A stretch of 64,000 nt of DNA from Oikopleura dioica. Lineage: Eukaryota; Animalia; Chordata. The notes below the pieces were generated by a model, which was given only the letters and a program-made list of their open reading frames with translations, did not search any database and was not told the origin of the DNA. A program made the position numbers and the translations under genes. The stretch lies in contig OU015567.1 in assembly GCA_907165135.1 (NCBI GenBank), forward strand, positions 1,426,001-1,490,000. Direction: 5' to 3'. Numbering within the stretch: the first letter of the stretch is position 1; each line of letters starts with the position of its first letter. Shown piece by piece: positions 12,523 to 25,622 of this stretch.

Positions 12523-12609
12523 TGATCATCCGATCAACTTTCATATTCATGATTAACTGCAAATAAAGTAATGTGAGAAACTTTTGCTTTCGAAAAAATA
12601 GCTGGAAAA

Positions 12610-13679
12610 ATGAGCAACACTTTCAAGCCAATTTGGCTTGTTCCCAGTCAAGAGAAAATTGAAGCAGCTTTGGTGAATGGTGTTCCGAAAACACCTTACT
12701 GGCTTCTCGAGTTGAAAATTTCAAAAATAGTTCCCTAAGTTTTCGACTCAAATTTTCAACTTATAAAAGCTGCTGCCTCCGAAAATTGAGCCCGTTCCAC
12801 GAAAATCCGCGCTGAAAAAGCCGGAAAAAAAGGTTGAAGGAAATTTTATTCAGCGCCTCTCCAACCTTCGCATCTCTTCTCTTTCCGGGAAATCTCGCCC
12901 TTCGACCAGACGTAAAAAGTCTGTCGATTTTGTCGACGACGAAGAAATTGATGCGTTCCGCAATTCGAATTTTCAGCGAGTTTCTAGCGTCAAGGCCCGT
13001 CCTTCTTCACCAGATTGGACGGAAGAGAATCTAGACGAAATAGAGTCGCTGGAAGGAAGCAATGATTCGGAGAACGACTATGAGGATCCACTGACACGGG
13101 CGATGATGGAACAGGAAGAAGCCGACGAGGAAGAAAAGTTTGAATCAGGAGAGGATGGCGAGGACGGATTGGACCAGGCGCTTGACGAGGAGAATGAGTT
13201 TTTGGGACGAACTGAGGGTGCTTCTCGGCCTGCAACGGTTATATTTTTCTTTGGGTAGAGTTTTGCCACCATTATTTTAGCAAGTTTCGAACTACTTCGG
13301 AAACGACGCTGATGGAGATGACGAAGGTGACGGCGAAAGTGGCGGAGACGACGAAGACATCGACCTCGATGAAATCGCCGAGGAAGCTGAGGGTATAATA
13401 TTTCGAGAGCTTGAAGAAGGAGATTGTTTTTTTAGCGGAAGAAGCAGAGGCAGAACAAGCCGAAGCTGATCTGGATGAGGGCTTTGATGTTGCGATGGAG
13501 CCAGACTTGGAGCTTGATCTTATTGCCGAAGAGCTTAATGACATCGGTAAATTATTCATTGACATTCCTGATCATCCCTCTTTTTATTTCAAGAAAATGC
13601 TCTTTTGGAAGAAGCGGCCGAGCAATCAATGGATGATGATTACAGAATCGACATCATCGAATCAGAAGAATATATCTAG
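12610..13679 (+). CDS. Unknown, highly acidic (Asp/Glu-rich) protein
   Basis: Exons read MSNTFKPIWLVP..., RRKKSVDFVDDEEID..., long E/D tracts, ending IESEEYI*. Confidence 0.6.
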
Positions 13680-13850
13680 TCTTGTCTTGTCTTTTCGCTG
13701 TTTTTTTTGCGAATGAATTATGATTGGCAAAGATTCATATATTCATAAATTTATTTTATTGGTTTGGTTGGCAGATTAAAAATAATGAGCAGAAAATATT
13801 GTTATTATAATCGGTTCATCGGGTACATTTTTAACATTATTTATTATTAT

Positions 13851-15423
13851 TTAACATCCGTATCGTTCTTCGAAAAATGTTTTGACCTTTTTCGCAGATC
13901 GAATGATTTGACGGTACACTTTTCCTCTTCCTTCGCAAGCGTAATGTCTGGCGTAGCTGTTAACTGCTGAATTGATTTGTTTGTTGAGTTTACACATGTC
14001 GTTCGCGTCGAAACCAGAGACATCAGTTGCTTCTTCGTCTTCTTGACCAAAGCCATTTTCTTCGTAGCAATCCTCTCCTGTAGCGGACGTTTCAAGTTTT
14101 TCGAAAATTTTGGTCATTCTTCCCTCGAATCGTTCGGCATAACCTGTTCCAGCAATATTGGCGTAAATATTCTAAAAATGATTTAAAAAAAATTTTGATA
14201 ATCAGATTTGTTTCTCACAGCAGCATGACTATGGAGAATTGTAAGTCTCTCTGCAATTGTCGATGTTGTTCTCGTTGTGGTAGAAGTTGTTGTTGTAGTG
14301 GTTGTTGTTGCGACTGGAGCAAATGTCCTTATCGAAAAATTTTTGATACCAATGTCGGTAACTGCATCGTTGTCGAGTCCATTGCCTCCCGTGTGCCACG
14401 AGACTCCTCCTCCGGTATAGTACTCACTTCCGATTGATGAAGTCACCAATCTCGTTACTCCGTCTATCTTCATTTGTTTTAAAAACGTCCCATTTTCGCC
14501 AATCCATTGATCGACAATTATATTCATGAAGCCACCCTCTGTGCATTCATTTTCATTTAAAAAGAAAACGCTTGTTTCTCTTTGTTCGCCGTCAAACGGA
14601 AAGAATGTTGACGTTTGATTTTTGCCAAAAAACATGCTGAGGAGTATCCGGTAACCAGGTTGACTCCGCCAAAATCCATTGTCGACTTCGACATGGAAGC
14701 TCGGGTATCCTCGGAGAAGCATCGTGCCAGATCCATCTGGCATTGCTTTAATCTTTTGGAAATTACATTCGATTCTCGCATTGCTTCGCAGGAGGAGGTT
14801 TCGATCATCGTATTATTGGGAATCGTTTGGTAGTGCGGTGTTTCTCCTATGACATCCTCGTTGCAGGTAGGTTCGCGGTTGGGAACTATTTTTGTGAATG
14901 ATTCTGGACAGCTTGCATCAGGAAAAATTGACGCTTCGAAGCGGCAGTGAAATCGACGGTCTCTCGAGCACAAAATGCTGTTCCATGTGAGATTTCTGAA
15001 CGATTCTGTGGATGAGTCGACGCAGTTTTCACTCTGTCCACCCCAATCTCGTGGCTCGTTCGTGTACCAGTTTGTTACTGTCAAGTCAGTTCCGGCCACT
15101 GTTTTCCAAACTTTGTTAGAGTCTCGATGATATCCCAAATACTCTTTTCCGAATTTTATTGGGCGGTTATTAAAGAGAGCGAGCTCGTCTGCAACTTTGA
15201 AGAAAGGAAGATGACCACCTCGTGATACGCAATGTGCCTCAGCTGCATCGAATTTTTTCGTTTCCGCCTGTGTCTCGAATTTGACACAGTATGGCTGAAC
15301 TTAAATTAGAACTTGCCTTGACAAAATGCACATTTATCTACTATTCTTCTCGTGGATATCTTTACTTACCAACGACGAATCGCAAATTGCAACCACAACT
15401 AAAAAGAAAAAGATATTGTTCAT
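13851..15423 (-). CDS. Secreted C-type lectin domain protein with Thr-rich linker and Cys-containing C-terminal module
   Basis: Signal peptide MNNIFFFLVVVAICDSS; CTLD (AEAHCVSRGGHL...NWYTNEP...ENCV...WNSILCS...FHC); poly-Thr; last exon 13851-14117. Confidence 0.8.
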
Positions 15424-15869
15424 CTTTCAAAAATTGTAATGAAAGGTATCATCGAAAAGTTAGATTTTTATATGGAAAGGTCATTCGGCGCAAGAGAGCT
15501 TTAATTCTCGTTGAAGAGGGAATCTTGAAAATAGCCACGTGCACCATCAATTAAAAAATTCTAGATCGGATCTTGGGTTGGTAATCGGTACGTCCTCCGA
15601 ACAAAGTTACCAAAACCACGTCATCTTATCGCGCATGCTAATTTGCGCAAAGCGGTTTCTTCTTAATTCATGCCTCAATCCAGTCCGATTCTAAAATCTT
15701 ATCGTCGAGTACCTTACAGAGATTAGCTTCTCGTTTTTATGGCATTTTGCTAAACAAACCATAATTTTTTAAAAGAATTAGGGCAACAATTAATTAAAAT
15801 ATTTCAAATTTTATCAGATTGAGATTTATTAAGAATGTTAAATTGCGAAGGTAAATTGATGACAGTAAA

Positions 15870-18800
15870 TTAAAAATTGGCTTGTGGATTCGAAAAGCCC
15901 GAAGTAATTTGATTTCGTCCAGAAAATTTCATGACGGCCCAGATGACTCCCGGCAAAGTAAGAAAACAAAAAGCGGTCAAAGCAGCAGCGCCTCCGGGAG
16001 ACATTCCATCAGAATCTTCTTTGTGATTTTTAGAGTTTGAATTCGCAGGAATGAAGCATTTCATCGACGAGTTCGGGTCGTAACAGCATTTGAATGTGTC
16101 CATGCATATCTTTAATATTTCAATATTTTTAGTGATCGCCCGAGTTTTCAATCGTAGAGATGATAATCTTCACTCTTACCGATTCAGTGACGCCGGCATA
16201 ACCGCAAGGTTCTTTTTCCCCCTCTGCAACTTGGCAATTTGACCATTTCCTCGCATGAGAGCAAACAGACGCCAGTTTCTTTCTGTTGCAGTCTCTGTTG
16301 TTCCAGTTTCCCGCCTTGTTCATCTCCGTGCAATCAGCCTCTCCAAGTGCAACCTCACTTGGCTCACCTGAGGCCCAGTTCAGATAATTTACGCCAGAAG
16401 AATCTGCCCATTCATAACCTTTCGAATAATGCTTCGACAGGCCAATCCATGCTTCTTGGTTGCTCGTTTTTTGGACCATTTTGAAGATGTATTCGTTCAT
16501 TTCGGAATCGTGAATTGAGGCCAGATTTGCTGGAATCGAGTATGCTGTCTAAATCTCTCGCGATAAAGAAGATCTTTTCTTTTTTAGGATCAAGAATCTG
16601 GGTTAGGGTTAAGGAAAGGGTTCGTACCTGGCAATGATTTTGCGCTTCTGTCCAAGTTCTCTCTTGCGAAGTAGCGTGAATACAGTACTCCTTGTACTGG
16701 TGCCAAGAATGGTCCCTGTGAGTACTGCAGTTGAGCAGCTCTCCTCTATAATCATGGACGCTATCCTCGTCTCGATACGTAAACTGCCCTTTGCAGATGA
16801 CCGGATACTTGGCGCTCTTGGGAGCACTGCGCCATCTACCGCTTGGTTCCATGGTTCCTCCTGCTCCGCCAGAGTGAGTTTGCGGCTCGTCGCTCCACCA
16901 ATTGGAAAAGTCGAAATGATGGCCATCTGACCAAGTGAATTCGCCGGAAGAGGGCATGTGAAGGCCAAGCCAAACTCGTTCTGGAGCTCGTCTGCCAGTC
17001 AAATCACCGCCAAGCATACTCTGATTTTTCAAGATAAGAAAATATTTTCATGGAATAAAATCGAACCTGTATAAATTCATTTTCATAGGGATGAATGACC
17101 GAGGCCAAATCCGCTTTGCCCTTCTTAAATTCCTTTCCAAATGTATTATCACAATAAGCCCGTCCATCGTCAAACGTAAATTTTTCATCAGAAAATGCGT
17201 AGCAATCCGCGCCGAAAGGAAGCATTCCAGAAGGGCAATTATTTGGATTCGGGAGGGGCAAATCTGGCAGATTCGGCTGAAATGGCATTGTGCAGACCCA
17301 AGGGCGAACTGTCGAGCAATCTGAGTCGGACCATTCGCCCAAGGAATAGGAATCGGCGGACTTTGTATTCCAAGCGGAAAGGACGCATCTTTCCTCGCCT
17401 AAATTATTTCGGGAGAAATAAATTCTTATCAATAAAAGGGCCTTTGGCATGTGAACTTATCTCGCGATCCTGCTTGGCTTATCACTTTTCATGCTTTTTT
17501 TTTGTCTGAGTTGTCGAAACTTGAATTTTTCAGTTTTGACGAAAACTAAAAATGCGCTAGAATTCGAGGAAGGAGGAAAAGAGAAGAAAGCCCTGCTGAT
17601 TGATCTGTGTCCCTATCAAGACAGGTTTATATCTTCTTTTACGAGTTTAAGATTGTCCCTGCGCCAGCTGAATTGGCCTTTTATTCTGAAACGATCAAAA
17701 AATTAGGCTCATAAACAATTTAACCCGTCTTCGTGGTCAATTATTAAAAATGATTCATTAGAGCCTCGTGAACCTGTTTGACAAAGAAGAAAGAGAGATT
17801 TCCGGAGAAACGAGAAGAAAAAGAAGAGAATAAGAGAGAGAGAAAAAGAAACGAGTGAAAAATGCGATGGGTCTGTTTGATTCTCGCGCACGGGCTGAGC
17901 GCTAGAATAGTAAGAAGAGAGTCAGAGGTAAGAAATGTCTTGTCGACCCTTTGTTTGTAATAGGTTATGATGATTGTGTAGATGTAGAAGTTATTTAGAA
18001 AAAATTGTCAGATATTGTCACTGGACTTGGCGATGGATTCATTGACTTTATTTGGGACGAGAATATTGAAGGCTACCCGGAAACTTTCAAAGAAAAGGCT
18101 GCAATAGAAGAAGTCGATATTTTTGCGAAAAAACCTCCAACAACATCGACCACTACCACAAGTACTACCACAACAACCACCAACCCGACGAAGACAACAA
18201 CGATTGCCTCAGGAAAAGACCCATCCTCTTCCTCGCCGTCAACATCGACAACAACGACTTCGACCAGTACTAGTAGTTCTAGTTCAAGCGCAATTGGTAG
18301 AATTTACGTGTTAAATGTAAAACGCCAATAATTGTCCAATAAAATAAATCTATTTTCAGACAACTGAAACAGCTGAAATTGAAAAAAGCCAGACAACAAT
18401 CTCTGAAGAACTCGAAATTTTGATTGCAGATGAAAATAATACCACTTCATCATCCCCCGAGGAGATTCCTGTTGTTCAAAATTCAACAACAAAAGAAACC
18501 TTTCCTGAAGCCACGACCGTTCAAACTGAAGAAGTTGAATCAAGCGAAGATAATTTCTCGACGACCCAGAAAGCGGAGGAAACTGAGAAAACCACTTTTG
18601 AAGAAGAAAAAGTTGAAAAAACTACTCAAGGAAATACGCTAATTGAATGTAAGGAAAACTCTTTTTTTCGGATAAAAACTATCTTCCTTGCAAGTTTTCG
18701 ATACAACACAAGAAAAAGAAGAAATCGAATCCACAACCAAATCAACACTTGAAGAGAATATTGACACAACACAAGCCTCTGTAAGAATCATACAGAAAGA

Positions 18801-20222
18801 AATTTTTTCATGTTTTTTTTGAGATCATCGAAACGACTCAAGCTGAAGAGATCGTGAGAACAACTGCGCCTGAAATCTTTATTCCCGATTTTGAAATCGA
18901 AGAAACAACGACTGAAATTTTGGAGACAACAACGACCAATCCAAAGATTATCATCATCGAAGACACTCACGATTCTACAACAACGACGACTACAACCAAA
19001 TCCTCTACCCAGAGCAAAAAGTCGAAGTCTGACGAAAAAAGCGAAGATGATGAGAAAGAGGAGGAAGGTCCCAAAAAGGTAAAATGTTTTCTTCCTTTTC
19101 AAAAGATCTAACAAAAATATTCAGAAAAGATATTCAATGATGCTGTTTCTACTGTTCATCCTCTTTTTCGTGTAGAATTGAAAAAAAATGTCAATAACAC
19201 TTACTGTCTGGCATGTTTGGATTCTTCGCCTTCCAGTTCGAGTAAACAAGAGGATCCCGATCGACGTAGTAAAACTCGCCATTTTCCGGCTCAGCATGGA
19301 CGCCAATGTAGGGGGTCGACCAAAGATTGAGGCGGTAGAATTGAGATGCGAGGAAAGCTTTGTGGAACTATGTAAAAAATAAGATGTAGAAAAATCAGGG
19401 CAATTACTTGGTTGGTGATAATAGCGAGGTGAGCGTCGGGCGATCGAGATTTGCAGTCATTTTCAGCGCCAACAAAATTTTTCAGCTGCGTCGGATTTTA
19501 CTTGAAAAGCTTGACGAAAAAATCGGATATAAAATATCTCTAGAATTCCGATCCTGAAGACCCTCTGCTGCTCCATTGCCAGTAACTGGAATCAGATAGC
19601 ACGCCCCTGCAAATTGCAGCCACCCTTTTGGGCAACCTCCTTTCGTCGGCCAGTTTTTCTCCGGAGGCTCTGGCGTTCCTGCTGGAAATATTTGACAAGC
19701 ATAATTGATCTCTGAGCTGCAGTAGATATCATTCCACAGTCCATTATTGTCGCCTGGCCACTCGTTGAAAGCATGTTGCTCGACGCAATTTTCCACCCCG
19801 GGGCCGTTAGGTTCGCCGTTTTGCCAGTTTTCGTATTGCATCGGCTGATTGTCGACCCATTCTAGAGGGCAGGTGTCGCAAACTGCGCGGAGGCCGATCC
19901 AAATGCTTTTTTGAAAATTATTCATTATTTTTGAAAGCAAAAAGTACCTGGACCACGTCCCGAGCTGCTTCTTTTGCTCTTCATAAAACCACTCTTGAAA
20001 GCCCTCGTGATGAATTGTCACTAATTTTCCAAAATTTCCTGCTTCTCCGAAAATTTGAGCGCAGTCATTTTCCGCGTCGATGAAATTTTTTCGCTGGTCG
20101 TAGAAATACACGCATCTGTTCTCTCTCGTGTAGATTGATAATTTGGAAGAGCCGATTGGATCTGGACAGGAAGTTTGACCTGCTAGAGCGGAATTGAAAA
20201 GAAAAGAAGAAAATAACTTCAT
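15870..20222 (-). CDS. Mannose-receptor-like type I membrane protein: four C-type lectin domains, trefoil domain, TM
   Basis: Signal peptide; WIGL/EPN/WND motifs; CTLD2 split by a ~1.8-kb intron (about 17400-19204); trefoil-like CQVAEGEKEPCGYAGVTES..CMDTFKCCYD...CF; TM AAALTAFCFLTLPGVIWAVM. Confidence 0.85.
16599..16620 (+). repeat. Degenerate telomere-like tract
   Basis: tgggttagggttaaggaaaggg, intronic. Confidence 0.4.
17491..19175 (+). CDS. Mucin-like Thr/Glu-rich protein with hydrophobic C-terminus, nested antisense in the lectin intron
   Basis: Exons at about 18008-18295, 18360-18630, 18693-18780 and 18822-19078 with poly-Thr/Glu; last exon KRYSMMLFLLFILFFV*; 5' exons less certain. Confidence 0.7.
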
Positions 20223-20353
20223 TTGCGATTATTGAAGAAATTGTCAGTTAGAAGTGGGAGTTGCCGAAACGGAGGTGCGAAAAATGTTACGAAAATGCGC
20301 ATCATTTTGGACGAGAATTACCGTGTCTACAATGACTAGCGAAACAGGCAAAA

Positions 20354-20674
20354 GTTATTGGCCATAATGACAGGTCGAAGATATCTCATTTATTCGATCC
20401 ATTCTGCCTCGAAAAAAACGAAGACGGCATTTTCCAGCGAATCAGAAACGATCAAATGTGCGATGGTGTCTCTGATTGTCCTGATGGCGAAGACGAAGAT
20501 GGCCGACTCGCCATTTGCGGAAAACCTGTAACCGAGAATGGCTGCTGCGCAGAGATTGATGTTAACTGGAGTGGAACAAAATGTTTCGTCGACGGAACTC
20601 ACAACGGTCGAGATCGATACCAGTGCATGGAGTTCAGCGAATTTCGCTGGGAACCTCACCCTAATGGGGACTAA
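20354..20674 (+). CDS. LDL-receptor class A repeat-containing exon or fragment
   Basis: QMCDGVSDCPDGEDE motif plus further cysteines; no clear start found. Confidence 0.5.
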   Translation, partial: VIGHNDRSKISHLFDPFCLEKNEDGIFQRIRNDQMCDGVSDCPDGEDEDGRLAICGKPVTENGCCAEIDVNWSGTKCFVDGTHNGRDRYQCMEFSEFRWEPHPNGD

Positions 20675-21465
20675 CGCTTCGCCCCCTTGGAACCCCCTTG
20701 AACACTAGGCAGAAATAAGCTCACCGAAATATGTTTTAACTGTGATGAATTTTGACAATAAATTCAACAAAAATATCCTATCCGTTGACGCCACTTATTT
20801 TATATTAATTAATAACAATGCTCGTTCAATTGTGTAGTACATAAAAAGAATCTGAGGTAAAATTATTTATTGTCAGTAAGCAAATATTCATTGGTAGTAA
20901 ACAACTGTCTCTATCAATTGTTTTTTTTTTGAACTTTGAAAAGAATTTCAATGCACAAACGAGACCTTTTGCTAGGCCAAGTAAGCTGAAAATAGAAGTA
21001 AAAATGTGTGAGCAGGAAAGTTTGAAAATCTTAGAGGCAAATTCGTTTGACATTTTTGAAATCTCAAATAAATACATTTAATTTTGATTTGGTTGAGCGA
21101 GAGAGGAGAAGAATGCTCGATAATTACAGAAAGGCAAGTGATTGAAGGAATGTCCGGCGTTGAAGGCGTGATTGAAAATCGGCATTCGAAGGTTTCATAC
21201 TGTTCTGAATTGAAGGATGAAAGAAATAAGAATGAAAATCGAAAAATAGTTTTTTCAAATTTGGATAAAAATTTGATTGGAATTATTTTTTTGCGTGATT
21301 TTTTGTTTATGATTTATAAACATTGATTTTTTGGTGAGAAATGATTGAATTTTTTTTAACCTTTTTTTTTTGCAAAAACATCTTTTCAGTCTCAATTTCA
21401 AGCAATCAGAGACACTTCACCCTCTCTCTTAAAACAAAAATTGTCTTACATTGGCAAATTGTTTC

Positions 21466-23110
21466 TCAAACTACGTGTGAGAAATCCTGGCGGCTCGTGC
21501 CCTTGTGATGTTCGTAAGGGTCGTAGCTTTCGCCCATGGCGACGTCGTTGCCTTCATCGTCGAATACTTCGTTTTCGTCCACGTAGGAATCACTGTCACC
21601 GCCTAAAAGAATGATAAGAGGGGGCTTTTTTTGAGCTGATTTACCTGTCACTTTTTTGAAAATGACGAAAGCGATGATTCCAATAAGAGCGACGCCGAAA
21701 ATGACAGCGAAGACGATTCCAACAACGGACGCAATATTCAGCGAACCTAAATCAGCAATTCCATCTTCTGCGAAAATAAACGACAACTCACCAACGCCAA
21801 TAAAAGTCGGTTCTCCTTCACTTTGACCAGCTTCATTTCTCGCCGTGCAGAAATATTCTCCAGCATCATTTTCAGTAACATTGAGGAATTTGACTGTATT
21901 TCCATCGACAGTGAATTGAGAATTTGCGAAGTATCTTTTGTCGGTTCGAGCATCAGCGGGAAGTTGGAGTTTTGTTCCTGTTGCTTTGTCGATTTTGTGC
22001 CACCTAAATTTTGATTTAAAGATTTTCGTTCTGTTTTTAGTCCAAATTTTTTTTAATGGCTTACGTGTAAGTTGGCTGCGGGCTGCCATCAGCAATGCAT
22101 ACCAACTCTCCAGCCTTGCCGACGATTAATTTTTTATCTGAAGAATTATTGTCAGGAAGTTGTTTGAATAAATAAGCGGGCACTAAGTGCTTTTGAATTG
22201 AATTTCGCTCCCTACCGCTTGGCTCTACGATGACTGGAAGCGATGGGGGGACAAGCACGATTAATTCTCGCTCGGTAAGGGCGAAGTTCTTGGCGGAATC
22301 TTCGGCGATGCATTTGTACTCGGCCATGTCGATTCTGTCGGCTTGTTTTGAGATGCTGTTGCCGGAGACTTGCCAAGGCGGGCTCTAGAAGGCAAAATTA
22401 CAATTCACGGTCGGGGGATTCCCCCTAACGATTAGGGGCAAAGGCACCCTGGACCCATTCCCCTTAAGGACATCCCCCCGTCAGCTTTTTCGAGAAATCA
22501 AATTTCGGAATTTCAAATTTTGACCCGGGAAATGGATTCTACGGGTCATAAAACGATTGTGATGCTTTATTTTTGGGGGTCTATCTCGATTTCTTCACCC
22601 CCAAAATCGCATTTGAAAATTGGACTTTTTGCATGGCGAAAATGATCGAGTTTGCCCTAATTTTGGCAAAAATATTGATTTTTCTTGGTCAAATAGTCCT
22701 CAATAGTCCTTTTCAAGTTTAACCTGAAGACGCATTAAGAACCAAAAATATGGTGTTTTTAGAAATTTCTATTTTTCGAAGGAAAAAAACTGACAGGGGG
22801 TCCTTTAGCCCTAACGAAGGAGATTCTGAAATAGAGAATATCATATTCTGAATATGGAAACTTACAGCTTGTCCATCCCCAGCTTCTGATAGAAAAATTT
22901 GCTCTTGTTCCTTCAAAATTCTAACTAAAACAAAACCGTTTAATTCCAATTTTCCAACATTTCTCTCATACATTTGACATCTGCTCCGAATCCACTCAAA
23001 TCACAAGTGACGATTAGTTGCTCTCCTTCTTTGATTTTGGGCTTGTTGAATTGAATCGAGGCACTAGCAGCGTAGAGTCCAGAGATGAGAAAACTGGAGA
23101 AAAGTAGCAT
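21466..23110 (-). CDS. Immunoglobulin-superfamily type I membrane protein (two Ig domains)
   Basis: Signal MLLFSSFLISGLYAASA; Ig1 VTC...DMAEYKC; Ig2 LVCIADGSPQP...W...DAGEYFCTARNEAG; TM IASVVGIVFAVIFGVALIGIIAFVIF. Confidence 0.85.
22467..22804. mobile_element. MITE family A, copy 2 (in Ig gene intron)
   Basis: Colinear with 381-718; TIRs AGGACATCCCCCCGTCAG / CTGACAGGGGGTCCT; flanked by TTA. Confidence 0.85.
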
Positions 23111-25622
23111 TTTTGAAGACGTTTTATTTGAATAGGCTAGTTGCGTTTACCGATTTCGACAATAAATTTCTGAAAAGGTGAATCATTAATTTTTATCTTT
23201 TTTCAAAAAAGGCAAAGTAGAAGAAATATTTCAAGAATCAGAAAGATGAAAAGAAAAACAGATATGTCTTAGTAATAAGGACTTATAATAAGACAATTTG
23301 TCAAAAAAATCTGAGAACATCAATTTTTCGTCGTGTTATTGCCAATAAACCGGTCTTTATCTTCGTCTTCTGAGCTGTTTTTTTCAATGAAATGAAGTTC
23401 AAGCTCTAGAAGACAAAGCAAAGATACTGTATCTTATATACAAAAGAGGGAAAAAGGATGTGGCTTCAATTAATTCAATTCATATTATAATGACGCCCGT
23501 TCCATCTCACTTGCTTTACTAAACGCTCGAGCAAATATCCCTGGCATATTGCCAGTTTTAACAGTTTCAACCTTTTTTCTGATCATTCTGATTTTCTTCC
23601 CGAAAATATAAAAGAAGAATTTTCATATGACTCTTGAAAGTTTGAGATTTATGATTCATTATATGGCCCGCTACATATTTCTTCATAAAAATAAAACTGT
23701 TAGAATAGAAATAAAAGAGTTTCTTCGCAGAAAATTTCTCTTTCAGAAAACTATTTTCTCTGACTATGAAAGTCCTCGCCAAGTCTTTTGTCGTAAAATA
23801 GTCCAGTAGTAATTTAAACTGCCTCACTTTGCGCTGGTTCGACAAAGCAGCGAGTCGCGAAAGAAGAATGAGTCGGGCTACTATAATAAAAATCAACTGG
23901 GGCAGCTTCAACTGGAAGAATAACCGCGCTCGCGGCAACGCGCTGAATCACTCTCTGAGCCGACAAGGGATGAGCTGCTCAGAAATTTCAAAAAAGGCTC
24001 TAATTAGAAAAATTCTGCGCTGCTTCGGAAAAAATATAGCCAAGGGCAGAATAAGTACCGCGCTTGATTTTCTTCATTAATGTTTCAATAAATTCATTCA
24101 AAGAAAAAAAGGAACTTGGAAAACCGCGATTCTGAACAAACGAAAATATTATTAAGGGGATTGACTGCATTAATGCATTTTTCTCTGACGGTTCAGGATC
24201 GAACCCTGACTCAGGGTCCCTGAGCTCGGCAACATGTGTTGAAAAACTGGGTTTAAAGTATCTTAATCAGTGAGTTTCAACAGTAGAACCCCCTCATACT
24301 TGTAAAGAAAGACGATATTAAAAAGTCAGTACTGACAAAAGTTCAATATGGATGTGATAGGTTAGTAATGCTGTCGCGTTTTCCTCTCGCGAATCCGATA
24401 ATTCATATAAAACCAATATGGCGAGGGGCGTAATCTATCAAAAACCGCATGTCAGACGAGATTAAACTGCCAATAACTCTCTCCGTGAACCTTAACAACT
24501 CATCCTTCTTCATCTTCCTAAAGCTCTTTCTCGCAAGTCGGCCGAAATTGAATTCTCTTTACATAAACAAAATCGCAGTTTTCAAGATTTTCAATGCTGG
24601 ATTTCATTCTAGACTATTTTCTTAAAAAATCTCTTGAAATTTTGCTACTTTGCCATCTTTTTCAACTTTTTTCTATTTTTTAAGGTTCTTCTGAAAAAGG
24701 TTTCTCTCGGTGAAATTATTGAATGTCGTCTAAAATCTGTCTAATGCTCAATTGAAAAAATAACAGACTGCTTGTCGAAGTCCGAGTGATTGAGCCTGAT
24801 ATTGTCATTTATAATAAATGACTATCAGGACATTCTATTGACATCTTGATACCAGATAACCAGGCTTGCTTGCCATTCATTTTTCATGCCCCAATCAGAA
24901 CTCAAAAGTTAAAAAAAGCACTTCAATTCGAAACCCAATCGACGCAAATTTCTTCGTCAATCAGAGTCTTCTATGTCTTCATTTTTTTGAAATTTTCTCT
25001 TTTGGATTAAAAAAAGGCTGAAAATAACTGAATAAATAACTATTTTCTCCCGTCGCTCTTAATTTGATCAAAGGAGCCATTGGCGAGCGCCAAGTTTTTT
25101 TCGTGGCCCATATTTAATTTAGTAAAGCGGCCAGCAAAGGATCGATTTCTTTTTTTTTTGTTTCTTTTCATTCCAAGAGGACGCTAAATCGCGACCAGGA
25201 GATACGCAGGGATTATTCGGTGGTTAATTTAATCACGTATCAGAATGAAAGACGTAGATATGGCAGCATTGAAAATAATTATGAATTTTTTTCTGCTCGT
25301 TTTTTCCATTTCCGCGCTGTTTTCTTCGGTCAAGAAGATTCTGTTTGGTTTCCCCGCCCTTCGTCTTCCTGTAAATAGATTCTGTAGGAAGCGCATTCTT
25401 GTCGAGTACTCATTGTTACGATAGAATTATAAATCCGACATTGAACCTGTGTAAACAACATCCTTTGTTTCGCAGCTCTTTTTCACTTCTTGTCGTCATT
25501 ACAAATTGACTCTATTCCAGAAGGACTCAATCACCAACTTGTGATGGGAATATTGATATAAACGGTTGAATATGTAGATTTTCAAGAAGAGATACAAGCC
25601 GACAGAGAGAACATAGAAAATC

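Noticed and set aside
22388-22830. MITE A copy 2 as an exonic insertion (frame ISFVRAK|GNGSRVPLP)
   Set aside because: A clean phase-0 intron from about 22866 to 22387 yields a properly spaced Ig domain, so the MITE is intronic
24185-24245. tRNA-like B-box (GGTTCGATCC on minus strand)
   Set aside because: No A-box/D-arm or acceptor stem could be folded; at most a SINE-like relic
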